Counted from the stretch's first letter, positions 27,631 to 39,379 are shown. The stretch: DNA of 64,000 nucleotides from Thermodesulfobacteriota bacterium (GCA_963675595.2 CAXXLZ010000002.1:768001-832000), one strand, 5' to 3'. Numbers and translations are program-made. Notes: a model not told the origin generated them from the sequence alone.

Positions 27631-27786
27631 ACCAGCCCGTCGAAAAAAGCCGGTTGCCACAGGTGGGTGAAAAACGATGACATGCAAGGGGCACAAATCC
27701 ATGGGAATGAGGCATACATATAAGTACGTCGCAGTGACGAGGGATGAAGCGCAACGCCGCGGGTCGCGTCTTTCAACGACCTGTCT
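27631..27786. repeat. MITE-like intergenic repeat; related copy at 39494-39584
   Basis: Imperfect terminal IR (CAGCCCGTCGAAAA ... TTTCAACGACCTG); internal GAAGCGCAACGCC shared with the second copy. Confidence 0.6.
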
Positions 27787-27793
27787 ATGCGGG

Positions 27794-28378
27794 TTATTGT
27801 TTTCGTCCGATCAATTTCTCGGACTGCCTGCCCGAGGCCACGTAATATCCACGCGCCACTCCGCCGCCGGCGTAGGCGATGCCGCCCACGGCCAGTCCGC
27901 CGAAAGCGTAATACCCCCCGGCAGCTCCCCCGAATGCGGCCGCCACGCCCAACGCCGTCCCCCCCAGAGCAAACAGACCTGCTGCGAGTCCCCCCAAGGA
28001 AACGAGGCCGATGGAAAGTCCTCCTACGGCAAACACGCCCACGGCGAGCCCTCCAACGGAAACGAATCCCGTGGGCGCGCCCCCCACGGCGATCCATGCG
28101 AGCGGAGCTCTGCCTTGGGCATAAAGAGGAATGCCTAAAAAGGAGGCTTCTGAGCGGTAGGGCATACCTGAAAAATCGCCCCCGCTCTGAGGCGGAAGAA
28201 TGAAGAAAAGAAGCTGCATCAAGAACACAAGCAGCATCAGAGCGACGAAGTATTTTCGAAACGCGGAGTTCCGCTTTTCCGGATTCTCCGGATGATCGGG
28301 ATTCACCAAACTATCGATCCTCTGGAACCACCCATGAATCGCCGGAATCGGATCAAAAACGGGCTCTCTGGTAACCAT
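27794..28378 (-). CDS. Glycine-rich membrane protein with GGxAxG repeats
   Basis: TM segment plus repeated (A/S)(V/L)GGL(A/S)(V/I/A)G motifs. Confidence 0.65.
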   Translation of the reverse strand: MVTREPVFDPIPAIHGWFQRIDSLVNPDHPENPEKRNSAFRKYFVALMLLVFLMQLLFFILPPQSGGDFSGMPYRSEASFLGIPLYAQGRAPLAWIAVGGAPTGFVSVGGLAVGVFAVGGLSIGLVSLGGLAAGLFALGGTALGVAAAFGGAAGGYYAFGGLAVGGIAYAGGGVARGYYVASGRQSEKLIGRKQ

Positions 28379-28517
28379 TTCGATCTCTCAAAAAGCCGCA
28401 TCGCCGGCAAAGTGAGTCCCTCGCAACCCATCCGGTCCGGAGGCCGGTAACCCTCGCTTCATAGTTCCTGCAAGGGCTTTGGGGAGCCTCTACCCAAAAG
28501 ATCCCGGAAGACAAAAT

Positions 28518-29966
28518 CTACTCGACTTCCCGAATGCCGCACAGTTGTTTGGCCAACTGTTTCTTTTCATTCATATCCACGAGGCGTGAAATCATGATGC
28601 GTTGCGCCTGAGGCGATCCCGCGCCGTGCATGGATTCGGTGAGATAGCCCACGGCCGCAGTTCCCAAGGTGAGGTTTTCGATGAGGCGTAGGATGCGGAA
28701 CCGGCTATCGGTGGGTACGTCTTCTCGTCCTTTATAGTACTTCTGCAGCCACTTGCCCACTTCCGGCGAGTTCAAATCGGATACCGAAGGCAGGGTGACC
28801 ATCAAACCGCCGGCGATGTCCTGCGCCAATCTCGCGATCTCGTAGGGGAAGCGCGTAACGTTTTGTTTGGACACATTGGCCAGCAGGGTGTCCACACAAT
28901 AAGTGCCGCTGGGTTCCCGCCGACCTTCCGCCGCACAGGAAAGAGAACCGCAGAACAGGGTCTCGTTGAGGTGGTTCATTTCGATGAGCTTGTCCTTGAT
29001 GTGGGATGCCTTGTCCGCCCCGTTATACTCGGCCACGGTTTGGGCGGCTCCGATGAGCACGTCGCCCACTCCGACTTTGCAGGCGTAGCTTTGGCGGTGG
29101 TATGAGGCGAATTTCTCCACCAGAGCGCCGGCGAATTCGTATTCTTTGTACATGAATACGCGTTCCCAAGGCACGAACACGTCGTCGAATACCACAAGGG
29201 CTTCATGTCCGCCGAACTGAGGGTTTCCCGTGTCCGTAAGGTCCGCTTCGACCTTCCGGGTATCGCAGGACTGGCGGCCCAGGATGTAGGTAATGCCTTG
29301 CGCGTCGCTCGGCAGAGCGAAGGACACCGCATAGTCCTTGTCCGCCTCCCGCATGGCCATGGTGGGCATGACGATGATCTCGTGGGAATTCACGGCGCCG
29401 GTTTGGTGGGCCTTGGCCCCTCGCACCACGATGCCGTCCTCACGTTCCTGCACCACATGGAGGTACATGTCCGGGTCCGGTTGCTTGTGAGGCGCCAGGG
29501 ACCGATCCCCCTTGGGATCGGTCATGGCCCCGTCGCAGGTCAGGTCGTTCTCCTGGACGTGGACCAGGTATTTTCGAAACCGTTCGTGGTAATCGGTTCC
29601 CTTCGCCGCATCGATGTCATAGGTAATGATGGACAGGGCGTTCAAAGCGTCCACGCCCACACATCGCTGAAAGCAGCACGCGGTGTGCGCTCCCATGAGC
29701 CGTCCCATTTTCGTCTTTTTGATAAGATCGTCCACGCTTTGATGGATGTGCGTGAACCGACTGACGGTCTTGCCGCTGATGTGGGACACGGCCGTCATAA
29801 TGTCTGCGTACTCGGGCCTGAACGCCATCTCATAGGTTTTGGCCACCGCGTTCATGGAAGGACGAATCATGGGATGATCCACCGGATCCTGGATGCGTTC
29901 GCCGAACAGGTAGACGGACAATCTCAACTTTCGCAGGCTCTCTTCGTACTGTTCCGGGGTCATCAT
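28518..29966 (-). CDS. abfD: 4-hydroxybutyryl-CoA dehydratase / vinylacetyl-CoA isomerase
   Basis: CFQRCVG and HRQSYACK [4Fe-4S] ligand motifs, GAMTDPKGDRS, RGAKAHQTG, ESMHGAGSPQAQR. Confidence 0.88.
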   Translation of the reverse strand: MMTPEQYEESLRKLRLSVYLFGERIQDPVDHPMIRPSMNAVAKTYEMAFRPEYADIMTAVSHISGKTVSRFTHIHQSVDDLIKKTKMGRLMGAHTACCFQRCVGVDALNALSIITYDIDAAKGTDYHERFRKYLVHVQENDLTCDGAMTDPKGDRSLAPHKQPDPDMYLHVVQEREDGIVVRGAKAHQTGAVNSHEIIVMPTMAMREADKDYAVSFALPSDAQGITYILGRQSCDTRKVEADLTDTGNPQFGGHEALVVFDDVFVPWERVFMYKEYEFAGALVEKFASYHRQSYACKVGVGDVLIGAAQTVAEYNGADKASHIKDKLIEMNHLNETLFCGSLSCAAEGRREPSGTYCVDTLLANVSKQNVTRFPYEIARLAQDIAGGLMVTLPSVSDLNSPEVGKWLQKYYKGREDVPTDSRFRILRLIENLTLGTAAVGYLTESMHGAGSPQAQRIMISRLVDMNEKKQLAKQLCGIREVE

Positions 29967-30556
29967 GGCGCGGACTCCTTTTCGGGGGAGGGGGTTCGGC
30001 GGTGCCGGCCGTTTTGGAGAATCCGGTCGGAATTCACACTCGGCTGAAAAAACAGAGAATCAAGTTATTGTACCGATTGAAGGCGGCTAAGTCCAGCCGC
30101 CTTCATCCGCGTGGGCCGCTCTGTGAGACGGCTCAACGATGTGCTGCACGGGCCGACGGAGGAGAGATTTTATGACCTCGGATCGTCCGGGCAACCTGCG
30201 TTTCGGCCCTCTCCCCGAGAGCCCGGACATGCCCGCTTTCGGCTGCCCCATTATGCCGGAACCTTCGCCCCCAACTTCACGAATCGGAGCATTATGCTTT
30301 CCTGAGCCCAAAAAGGGGGATTCCCAAAAACTCTCGAAACGGGTACAGTGGAATAAGGGGCAATATGGACGTAACGTTCTTCGGGGAGCATCCACAATCG
30401 AAATCAGGGGCGGCAGCCGAAGAAGGGCGTCGGCCGGAGCCGCGGGCCGCTCCGGCGCGGTGTCGCGCCTTCACGCCTAAACACCGCGCAAACCGACTCC
30501 CGTCGTCTCACCATCGGCGCACCATGCCCCGATAGGAATGCGCCCTCAGAAGTAGA

Positions 30557-33500
30557 TTGGAAAGGGGTAACTCAACACACAAACCAACCGACCACCGGAA
30601 GGGAATCCCCTTGTCCATCTATGTTGATCTCATATTCAATTTGACTCTGCTTATCGCTCTCAGCATCGTATCCGCGTTCATCGAAAGCCGACGTCCGCCT
30701 CATTCCCGTTCCGGCATGGTGCTTCAAGGTCTTCTGTTCGGCTCGGCGGCCGTGCTGGGCATGTTGAACCCCCTGGAGGTCGCCCCCGGAATCATACTTG
30801 ACGGTCGTTCCATCATGGTGTCCCTGTGCGCGCTGTTTTTCGGTCCGTGGGCCGCGGCGGTCTCCGGGATAACGGCTCTGACTTTTCGCTTGTGGCTCGG
30901 CGGCGTCGGAGCGACCACCGGCGCGATCATCGTTTTTTCCTCGGCGGGAATCGGTCTCCTCGCCCATTATCGTCTTAGGCCCCGAACTCGACCACCCTCT
31001 GCATGGACTCTTTGTTTGTTCGGTGTGGTCGTCCACCTGGCCATGCTCGCCCTCCTGTTCACTCTGCCCGGGAACGCCGGCAAGACCGTCGTGTTGCGCA
31101 TCGGTCCGGCCTTGATGCTGCTGTTTCCCTTGGCCACCGTTCTTGCGGGCAAAATCTTGTCGGACCGAGTATCCGCCGCACGCACTCTGGCGGACCTGCA
31201 ACATACCCGGGAAAACCTGGCCATTACTTTGGAGTCCATCGGCGACGCCGTGATCTCCACTGATCTGAAGGCTCGGATCGTATTCATGAATCCCATCGCC
31301 GAGGAGCTTACAGGCTGGTCTCTTAAAGACGCCCGAGGCAAGCCCTTCAACCGCGTCTTTCGCATCATCCACGAAGAGACTCGCGAAGAGATGGAAGATC
31401 CGGTCGGCAAGGTCTTGCGGGTGGGCGGAATCATGGGTCTGTCCAACCATGTCCTTCTCGTGGCCAAGGATGGAACGGAGCGGCCCATTGCCGACTCGGC
31501 GTCACCCATTCGAGACGTATCGGGGGAAATCGCAGGCGTGGTGTTGGTCTTCCGGGACCGGAGTGAACAACGGCGGGCGCGTCGCCTCATGCAGGCGCGT
31601 CCGGTCTTATTGGATTACGCAACCAGGCACACTCCGGACGAATTGCTCACCAGAGCATTGGATGAAATCTGCGTTCTTGCGGACAGTCCCATCGGATTCT
31701 GCCGCCTGCTGAAACCCCATTGGGCAAGCCTCGCTCCCCTGCATTGGTCTCCCCGCACTCTCGATGAATTCTGCGAAGTCCGTGGACAAAACGCTCACAA
31801 CTCCGAAAAGCCCGGGAGCTGGGCGGATTGCATCCTCCGCAAATCACCCGTGGTACACAACGACTTCGCATCCTCGCCACAGGAAAAGGGGCTGCCCGAG
31901 GGACATCCCGACTTGGCCCGTTTCCTGACGGTCCCCATTCTTCGGGAAGGAGAGGTTGTCGCCGTGGTCGGGGTGGGCAACAAACGCACGGAATATACCG
32001 AAAAGGACGTGGACGCCGTGGCGAACCTGTCCGACATAATCTGGCAAATCCTCGAAAAGAGACGTACCGAGGAAGAACTCGAGCAAAGCGAGGCGCTTTT
32101 CAGAAACCTTTTCCAAGGCCATGCCGCCGTCAAATTGATCATTGATCCGGAAACAGGTGAAATCATCGACGCCAACCAAGCGGCCGAGAAATACTACGGG
32201 TGGCCGAGAGAAACACTTCGGCAAATGAGAGTTCATGACCTGAACACCCTCTCCGCGCAAGAGGTGGAGCTAGAAATAGAGAAAGCGAGAAACCTGCAAA
32301 GGGTCTATTTCGAGTTTCGCCATCGCCGCGCCGACGGTTCGATTCGCGACGTGGAAGTCTTCAGCAGCAAAATCCGGGTCAGAGACAGAGACCTGCTCCA
32401 CTCCGTAGTCCATGACGTCACGGAACGGAGGCGATTCGAAAAGACATTGAAAGAGAGCGAGAGAAAATACCGGGACCTTTTTGAAAACGCTCCCATCGGT
32501 ATCTTCACTACCGATTCGAAAGGACGTGCTCTTTCCTGCAACAAAGCCATGGCCCGCATCTTGGGCTTTGGATCGCCTCAAGAGGCCGTTGAACGCTTCA
32601 CCGATCTGCAGTCCCAACTATACGTTACTCCAAGCCGCAGAGACCGGTTTCTTGAACTCCTGCGCGAAAAAGGCCAGGTGGAGAACTTCGAGTATCAGGC
32701 ACGCACGGCCGACGGTAGGACCGCATGGCTGACTATGAACGCCCGAATCGCCTCGCGTCCCGAGGATGGTTCCTTTGTAATTGAAGGCTTCACCACGGAC
32801 ATCTCCGAGCAACGCGATCTCGAAGAACAGATTCAGCAATCCCATAAGATGGAATCCGTCGGGAGACTGGCCGGGGGCGTGGCCCATGACTACAATAACA
32901 TGCTGAGCGTCATCCTGGGTTACACCGAATTGGCCATGGCCGGCGTAGATCCGGACGAGCCGCTGTATGGAGACCTCCGAGAGATATACAACGCCGCACG
33001 GCGCTCCACGCAAATCACCAGACAGTTACTCGCCTTCGCACGCAAACAGACCATCAATCCCAAAGTGCTCAGTCTGAACGATACGGTGGAAGGTATGCTC
33101 AAAATGCTTCGGAGGCTCATCGGAGAAGACATTGATCTGGCCTGGTTGCCCAAAGCGGGAGCGTGGCGGGTGAGGATGGACCCGGCCCAGGTCGATCAAA
33201 TTCTGGCGAACCTTTGCGTCAATGCCCGGGACGCCATCGGAGGGGTGGGAAAACTCACCATCGAAACGGACAATGTAACGTTCGACAAGGCCTATTGCAG
33301 AGATCACGCGGGATTCGCTCCGGGTGATTTCGTGATGCTGGCCGTAAGCGACGACGGTTGCGGCATGGCCCAGGAAACACTCTCAACCATATTTGAACCG
33401 TTCTTCACGACAAAGGACGCTAGCCGAGGCACCGGCCTGGGTCTGGCCACGGTCTACGGCATCGTCAAACAGAACGACGGTTTTATCAACGTCTACAGCG

Positions 33501-33970
33501 AACTCGGAAAAGGCACGACTTTCAAAATCTACCTGCCGCGTCATATAGGTACGGGGGAAGAAACCCGAACCGCATCGCCGACGGAAACGCCCCTCGGGCG
33601 AGGTGAAACCTTGCTGCTGGTGGAGGACGAACCGGCCATCATGAAAATGGGTCAAACCATGCTGGAAAAGATGGGATACCGGATACTGACCGCCGGCACC
33701 CCGAGCGATGCCATGCGCTTGGCAAGGGAATTCAAGGAAGGCATTCATCTCCTCATCACGGACGTGGTAATGCCTGAGATGAACGGACGGGATTTGGCCG
33801 ACGGGCTTATCACCATCTATCCCGGCCTTAAGGTATTGTTCATGTCCGGTTACACCGCCAACGTAATCGCCCACCACGGCGTGCTGGAAGAGGGAGTGAA
33901 CTTCATCCAGAAGCCTTTCTGCGCCAAAGAGTTGGCGTTCAAGGTCCGGGGAGCGTTGGACGGCAACTGA
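30557..33970 (+). CDS. Hybrid sensor histidine kinase (5TM LytS/YhcK receptor-PAS-GAF-PAS-PAS-HisKA-HATPase-REC)
   Basis: GIILDGRSI..ALFFGP 5TM; PAS repeats; LAGGVAHDYNNML H-box; NARDA, DDGCGM, GTGLGL; receiver LITDVVMP. Confidence 0.93.
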   Translation: MERGNSTHKPTDHRKGIPLSIYVDLIFNLTLLIALSIVSAFIESRRPPHSRSGMVLQGLLFGSAAVLGMLNPLEVAPGIILDGRSIMVSLCALFFGPWAAAVSGITALTFRLWLGGVGATTGAIIVFSSAGIGLLAHYRLRPRTRPPSAWTLCLFGVVVHLAMLALLFTLPGNAGKTVVLRIGPALMLLFPLATVLAGKILSDRVSAARTLADLQHTRENLAITLESIGDAVISTDLKARIVFMNPIAEELTGWSLKDARGKPFNRVFRIIHEETREEMEDPVGKVLRVGGIMGLSNHVLLVAKDGTERPIADSASPIRDVSGEIAGVVLVFRDRSEQRRARRLMQARPVLLDYATRHTPDELLTRALDEICVLADSPIGFCRLLKPHWASLAPLHWSPRTLDEFCEVRGQNAHNSEKPGSWADCILRKSPVVHNDFASSPQEKGLPEGHPDLARFLTVPILREGEVVAVVGVGNKRTEYTEKDVDAVANLSDIIWQILEKRRTEEELEQSEALFRNLFQGHAAVKLIIDPETGEIIDANQAAEKYYGWPRETLRQMRVHDLNTLSAQEVELEIEKARNLQRVYFEFRHRRADGSIRDVEVFSSKIRVRDRDLLHSVVHDVTERRRFEKTLKESERKYRDLFENAPIGIFTTDSKGRALSCNKAMARILGFGSPQEAVERFTDLQSQLYVTPSRRDRFLELLREKGQVENFEYQARTADGRTAWLTMNARIASRPEDGSFVIEGFTTDISEQRDLEEQIQQSHKMESVGRLAGGVAHDYNNMLSVILGYTELAMAGVDPDEPLYGDLREIYNAARRSTQITRQLLAFARKQTINPKVLSLNDTVEGMLKMLRRLIGEDIDLAWLPKAGAWRVRMDPAQVDQILANLCVNARDAIGGVGKLTIETDNVTFDKAYCRDHAGFAPGDFVMLAVSDDGCGMAQETLSTIFEPFFTTKDASRGTGLGLATVYGIVKQNDGFINVYSELGKGTTFKIYLPRHIGTGEETRTASPTETPLGRGETLLLVEDEPAIMKMGQTMLEKMGYRILTAGTPSDAMRLAREFKEGIHLLITDVVMPEMNGRDLADGLITIYPGLKVLFMSGYTANVIAHHGVLEEGVNFIQKPFCAKELAFKVRGALDGN

Positions 33971-34003
33971 ACCGGCCCGAAACAACGCTCCGGACAGCCG
34001 ACT

Positions 34004-34042
34004 GCGAAAAGGAACCCCGCCGACGGCGGGGTTCCTTTTCGC
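34004..34042. terminator. Probable bidirectional terminator between convergent genes
   Basis: GCGAAAAGGAACCCCGCC-GAC-GGCGGGGTTCCTTTTCGC. Confidence 0.85.
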
Positions 34043-34051
34043 GCGAATCAA

Positions 34052-36067
34052 TCATGAAGAGTAGAGCCTGCGATCCTCTTTCCGCTCCGGGGGAATCACC
34101 CGGTCGGGTCCGGCTTCTTGAGGTTCGAAGGAGCCCATCCGTTTCGCATCGCCGTTGCCTCTCCCGCTCCACGCCATGGTCTTTCCATCACGCGCTGGGA
34201 GTCGGTCCGGTCTTTCCCTGGTTTGAAGAGCCGACCGGCCGTTTGTGCGCTGAGAGCCTTGGACCAGGGCCCCCAATTCCGACACGTAACTCTTCATACT
34301 CTCCGCTTGGGAGTTCATCTGTTCCGACGCGGAAGCCGTCTCTTCCGCATTTCCGGCGTTCCGCTGTACTACCTTGTCCATCTCGGCTACGGCTTTGTTC
34401 ACCTGATCGATCCCCAAGGCTTGTTCTTTGGACGCCTCTGCGATTTCGCCCACCAGGTGGGCGGCCTTTGACGCTCCGGCCGCCACTTGGTCGAAGGCTT
34501 CATCCGTTCTAGCCACGAGATCCACCCCATCCTTGACCTTGTTTCCCGTATCGTCGATGAGGTCCGTGGTGTCTTGGGCCGCCTGTGCCGCCCGCAGTGC
34601 GAGGCTGCGCACTTCTTCCGCCACCACCGCGAACCCGGCGCCGGCTTCCCCGGCCCGAGCCGCTTCAACCGCGGCATTCAACGCCAGCAAATTGGTCTGA
34701 AAAGCGATCTCGTCGATGGTTTTGATGATCTTCGACGTTTCTTCACTAGCTTTGGCGATCTTGTCCATGGAATCGGTAAGCTCGGACATGGATTGGTTGG
34801 CGCTACTCACGATCCTCCCCACGTCTTCCATGAGCCGTTCGGCCTGTGCGGCGTTGTCCGCGTTCTGCTTGGTCATGGAAGACATCTCCTCAAGGGATGA
34901 AGAACTCTCCTCCACGGCCGCCGCCTGCTCCGAGGCTCCTTCGGCCAATTGACGGCCGGCGGCGGAGACCTGCCCGGAGGCGGACGCCACCTGATCGGCT
35001 CCGTCGTTCAGCCCCGACATCAAACGATTCAGCGGTTTGGTGATGGAAAGACTGAGAAAAACTCCCAGGAGCAATGCTGCGACGAATCCCACCATCATGC
35101 CCGACAGGCTGATGAGCTGAGCGTAGGTCCCGGCTTCCTCGGCGTCCCGGGTGGCCTCCGCCACGAGGCCTCGGTTGATCTCCACAATACGGCCGAGCAC
35201 GTTGGTCACCGCCATTTGCTTGTCCCGCAACGTCTCCATAGCCTGATGGTTGCCGGCCAGGTACAGGTTCTCCGCCACGGCGGCCTGTTCCAAAAGCGTA
35301 TCAAAACCCTCGAAAACCTTTTCGGCCGCAGGGCCCATTCTTTCCCGCAATTCACGCACCGCCGCGTCGGTATCTCCCTCCTTCATGAGCTGCCTGATTT
35401 TGGGCACGGCATGGTGGAAATCATCGTGATGCGCGGCCATCCGCCGAATGGCGGATTGAATGGCCGGATTCGTCGTCTTGAGGGAGTCGATCCACTTGCC
35501 GAATGCGCACTGGTGAGGGTCTTCCCCTCCTTCGAAAGTAACACCGGTAAGCATTAGATTGTTCACATCACCCATGAGTTTGTAGTGGTCCCCCCTGAAT
35601 CTTTCCAAATCACGCCGAAGCGCCGTGGGATTCAGTATGCCGATCTTCTCAAGTTCCTTGGCCCGACCCAGAAACAGATCGTTTTCCTTGAGCCAATCGT
35701 CCACGGCCTTAAGAAGCTCTTTCCCGGCCTCCACTTCCTCTGCGCCGCTTGCCGGCAGCGCTTCGTAGGCCCCCAGAGCCCGGGTAAGACCGTCTCTCGC
35801 TCGATCCATATTCTTATACTGGCGTCCCCGCGCTTCAGGCTTCAAAACGGGATTCAACAACGTTCTCTGAGCCACTCGCAGCTTCTCCATCTCCAGCTCG
35901 GATTCGACGAGATTGCATATTACGGGCAACCTCACCTTGGAGATGTCGTCCATATGGTGAGTAAGGGTCCTTGCGCCGTTCCACCCTATGAAACCCACCA
36001 CCAGGCAGATGCCGGCTACAATCAGGAAACCGCCGACCAGTTTGACGCTCAGCTTCATGTTCCTCAT
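34052..36067 (-). CDS. Methyl-accepting chemotaxis protein with a four-helix sensor and an inserted CZB domain
   Basis: Two TM helices; signalling hairpin [34 protein letters not shown]; CZB motifs [18 protein letters not shown]. Confidence 0.93.
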   Translation of the reverse strand: MRNMKLSVKLVGGFLIVAGICLVVGFIGWNGARTLTHHMDDISKVRLPVICNLVESELEMEKLRVAQRTLLNPVLKPEARGRQYKNMDRARDGLTRALGAYEALPASGAEEVEAGKELLKAVDDWLKENDLFLGRAKELEKIGILNPTALRRDLERFRGDHYKLMGDVNNLMLTGVTFEGGEDPHQCAFGKWIDSLKTTNPAIQSAIRRMAAHHDDFHHAVPKIRQLMKEGDTDAAVRELRERMGPAAEKVFEGFDTLLEQAAVAENLYLAGNHQAMETLRDKQMAVTNVLGRIVEINRGLVAEATRDAEEAGTYAQLISLSGMMVGFVAALLLGVFLSLSITKPLNRLMSGLNDGADQVASASGQVSAAGRQLAEGASEQAAAVEESSSSLEEMSSMTKQNADNAAQAERLMEDVGRIVSSANQSMSELTDSMDKIAKASEETSKIIKTIDEIAFQTNLLALNAAVEAARAGEAGAGFAVVAEEVRSLALRAAQAAQDTTDLIDDTGNKVKDGVDLVARTDEAFDQVAAGASKAAHLVGEIAEASKEQALGIDQVNKAVAEMDKVVQRNAGNAEETASASEQMNSQAESMKSYVSELGALVQGSQRTNGRSALQTRERPDRLPARDGKTMAWSGRGNGDAKRMGSFEPQEAGPDRVIPPERKEDRRLYSS

Positions 36068-38374
36068 GGTGCTTACCCTCCATTTGTCTATATATGACCC
36101 AAGGGCCGTGAGATTCTCCCTCGGGAGTTTCAGGTGCGCGTCAGCCCCCTTTCCTTCGCGTTGTGGGCGAATCTTGGTTCGCCAAGGTCGGGGAGCCGCA
36201 CGCTTCGTCCGCGCTCAGCGGCACGGACCGGTTCCGGGTGGGAAAGCCGAGAGTGGAAGACCACCCACCTGCGAGATCGAAGTTCCGGCCTTTCGTTTCC
36301 TCAGTTTCGGTGAAGCACGGAGACCGAGGAAGCAGCCTCCGGGGGTACCCGTTCGAACCAATCTCCATGGTTTCGGTTCGGCACTCGATTCCCTCCATCC
36401 GGGTGAAAACCGGACGATTCAGGGGGGAAGTCTCATGTTCGTGACCCGAACCCATCCGACGACGGCCCGCCCCGACTACAAAAGCATAGTCCGGCAAGGA
36501 GGTTGAACATGATTCAATGTTCTCTTTAATCCCTTTAAGTAAATATCGTTAATCCATCCAATTCCCGCCATCACCAATAACCTATGGCAGGCAAAATACA
36601 TCAAGTCCACAAGCACAGCCGGCATTTTAAATGATAAACATATTCAATTACCGATATATAACTTCTTAGGATGCCTTACATACCATTTAGTTAACCATAA
36701 TCACACTCCTATCAAATGATTAACTGCATACAACAGCTACATTTAATAGTACGCAACAGACTACTTTGTCATATTTAATCAACACAAATATATGGATATG
36801 ATTAACATATAATGCTTCATATCTCCATTACATTTTTGTTAATAATTATACATATATTTCAATTATTATGTATCATAAATCCAATACCAATCACCGTTCG
36901 TTGTGATAATATCCAATAGCCTGTGACCTATCTCTTGTTCACTATCCGTTTACCCGACTCCCGATGAGATCACTTCCTTTCATTTTTCCTTAGAGATGTG
37001 CGCCGGCGTTACGATTGATGCGGCGGCGAAGCACGAAAGCGGACACACCGCGGCCGCAGCCGGTCCATCAAAAATCGAGATGGAATCCCACAGGGTCCAT
37101 AATTTAGACTGATTCGACCTTGTTCCGCAATTCACAAATTCATGGCGATTCCTCATGAAATTCATGAGTTCGGGCTGTGGATTTCATGAGTTATGTGAAA
37201 ACGTGTTTACGGAAAGATACCGAGAGATCAGCCTCCCCGGAAACGCCTTGGACCTCTTGGAAGGCCTCCGACACCCTTCGGCACCAAAGACGGGTGTGCG
37301 CCTGAACTCCAATCGGGACCACGGCGAGTCAACGGGACATACGGCTCTGCAACCGAACCCGAATCCCGCGGAATGATCCGCCTCCCCAGGGTCGTCGAAT
37401 CCTGGAAAATTCCGATCTCACCGGGGTGCGGGCGAACGCTTCTCCGGAAGCCTATCCGCGTTGAATGATTCGGGGGCTGCTCTTGGTGTTCACTCCATCG
37501 GCACGGATTGGGGCGCGTGGGCTCTTCTTCCCGGATGCCGACGTGCTTTCTCCGGTGGGTGAACATTGCGACCTTGCTTCAACGGCCCCTTGAGAAGCGG
37601 GGCCGGACTGCTTAAGATCGGGGGCTGCTCAAAGCCCATGGAGGGCGGAGAGATGCAGGCAGTCTCCGGCGCATCAAAGACGATTTGATGCTCCCGATGG
37701 GTGATTATCTTAAGCCGAACGGCTCACGGACCGCAAGCGGTGAAATCGTCAATTCTGCATGACACCGGGGAACTGTTTGTCAAGAGCCGCTTGAAGCGGG
37801 AAAAGATCAACTTTCTCGGAGTGTACGGCCGCCCGCCTTTTCCAGGTACACGCACGGTGGAAGCAACGCCTGAACGACGGAGAATCGTTCCGGCTCCCAT
37901 GCCGCCGGAACTCATGTTCATCTCGTCTCGTCCTACGAAGTCCTCTCCTGACCCATTCGATAGACGCTCCATCCAACGATCTAATGATTTGACGTTTTGC
38001 CGGGCTTCGGCCGGTCTGTGTGCTCTTTGAGGATTCCAAAGGTTTACAGTCATGCTTGGAGAGGTTAGTTTCTTTGTAACATTCTTTTGTTTAGATACCT
38101 ATAGGAGAAGGAGGCATTTTCAACGCGGCAAACCTCGCAGGGCGCGGGGGGGGCGGGTGTAAAGAGCCGGGCATGACCACGGCAGACGGAACGGCTTCCC
38201 TCCGCGCCTCACGTTTAAAACGACTCTGAGGCCGATCAATACGTCGGAGCATTCCGATCAAGACTCGAATGGAGGGTTTTGGTCCTGTTCCTTAGGGGAT
38301 AAGAAAAGGCGAAAACGATTCGCGAGGAAGCTCCGGGAAAAAGCACGTGTTGTTCAAGTGGCGATACGGAGGGA

Positions 38375-39379
38375 ATGAAAATGAGACGGATCATCACGAG
38401 AATTGTAGTCTTTCTGTGGGTGCTTTCTTTCGCCGCCCTTGCCGCCGCTGAATTGCCCGAAGGGCGAATCGCGCACTACACCTTTGACGACACCAACAAG
38501 GACATCCTCGGCATCAGTGACGATATGATCCTGGAAAATACGGCTTACGTGAACAACACGCTCTATCTGAACGGGCTCTATTTTTCCGAGGATGACTATG
38601 AAGCCCAGGCCACGATCCAGGATTTCTACTACAATGAATTCACCGTGCACGTGGATTTCCTGCCCTTGGAAGGTGATGAGACCCAGACCGGCTTCCTGAC
38701 GGGAGGCCGCAATTACCGATGGATCGGGTTCTATTTCACCGATACCGACTTGATTCTCTATTTGAACAACAAAGCATTCACCCATACCTTCTTGGGGGTC
38801 GTTGTTGAACGAAACCAATGGCACAAGATTATCTGTGCATTCGACCTGGGTGAAAAGACCGTCGTCACCATGTTGGACGGCGTACTTCTGGAGACGGTGA
38901 ATTTACCCGACGACTTCACTTTGAACGTAATCGGTTCGCCGGGAGACGTCACCGACCGACGCTTTCTCTTCACCAACTACGGCAACGGAGGGACCTTCTT
39001 GGGTTACGTGGACAATCTCATCGTTTTCGACCGCGCTCTCTCGCAAGATGAGATCGCCGACGTCAACGACGCGTACGCGGGGAATAACATTCCCAACAAC
39101 GGCATCTGGAAGTCCGCGGATAACCTGCTCAGCGTGTATCTGCAGAAATACTTGGAGGGATCGGCCGTCGTCATTGCGACCCTGGGTGACGGTAATCACA
39201 CCGTGTTTCTGGATCCGGACTACACCGACGGGATTCAGGTCGACAACGACCTGTACGGCGGCGGATATACCTTGAACATGAACTTCAGCTCCCCGGTGGA
39301 GGGAGACATTATGGTGGATCTGCCCGGCGAAAATGGGCTTTTCAAGAACCTCGACTTGGTTTTCGGCGACTTGCCGTGA
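38375..39379 (+). CDS. Secreted LamG/concanavalin-like domain protein
   Basis: Signal peptide; IAHYTFD, NQWHKI, FLGYVDNLIVFDRALSQDEI. Confidence 0.75.
   Translation: MKMRRIITRIVVFLWVLSFAALAAAELPEGRIAHYTFDDTNKDILGISDDMILENTAYVNNTLYLNGLYFSEDDYEAQATIQDFYYNEFTVHVDFLPLEGDETQTGFLTGGRNYRWIGFYFTDTDLILYLNNKAFTHTFLGVVVERNQWHKIICAFDLGEKTVVTMLDGVLLETVNLPDDFTLNVIGSPGDVTDRRFLFTNYGNGGTFLGYVDNLIVFDRALSQDEIADVNDAYAGNNIPNNGIWKSADNLLSVYLQKYLEGSAVVIATLGDGNHTVFLDPDYTDGIQVDNDLYGGGYTLNMNFSSPVEGDIMVDLPGENGLFKNLDLVFGDLP

Noticed and set aside
36141-38053. Short ORFs in the MCP-LamG intergenic region
   Set aside because: No clear RBS, family motif or protein-like composition; treated as non-coding.
38120-38210. GGCAAACC... 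motif upstream of the LamG gene resembling a third c-di-GMP-I riboswitch
   Set aside because: Lacks the GAC(G)xAAAGC junction, a GNRA-capped P2 and a recognisable P3; at most a degenerate relic.
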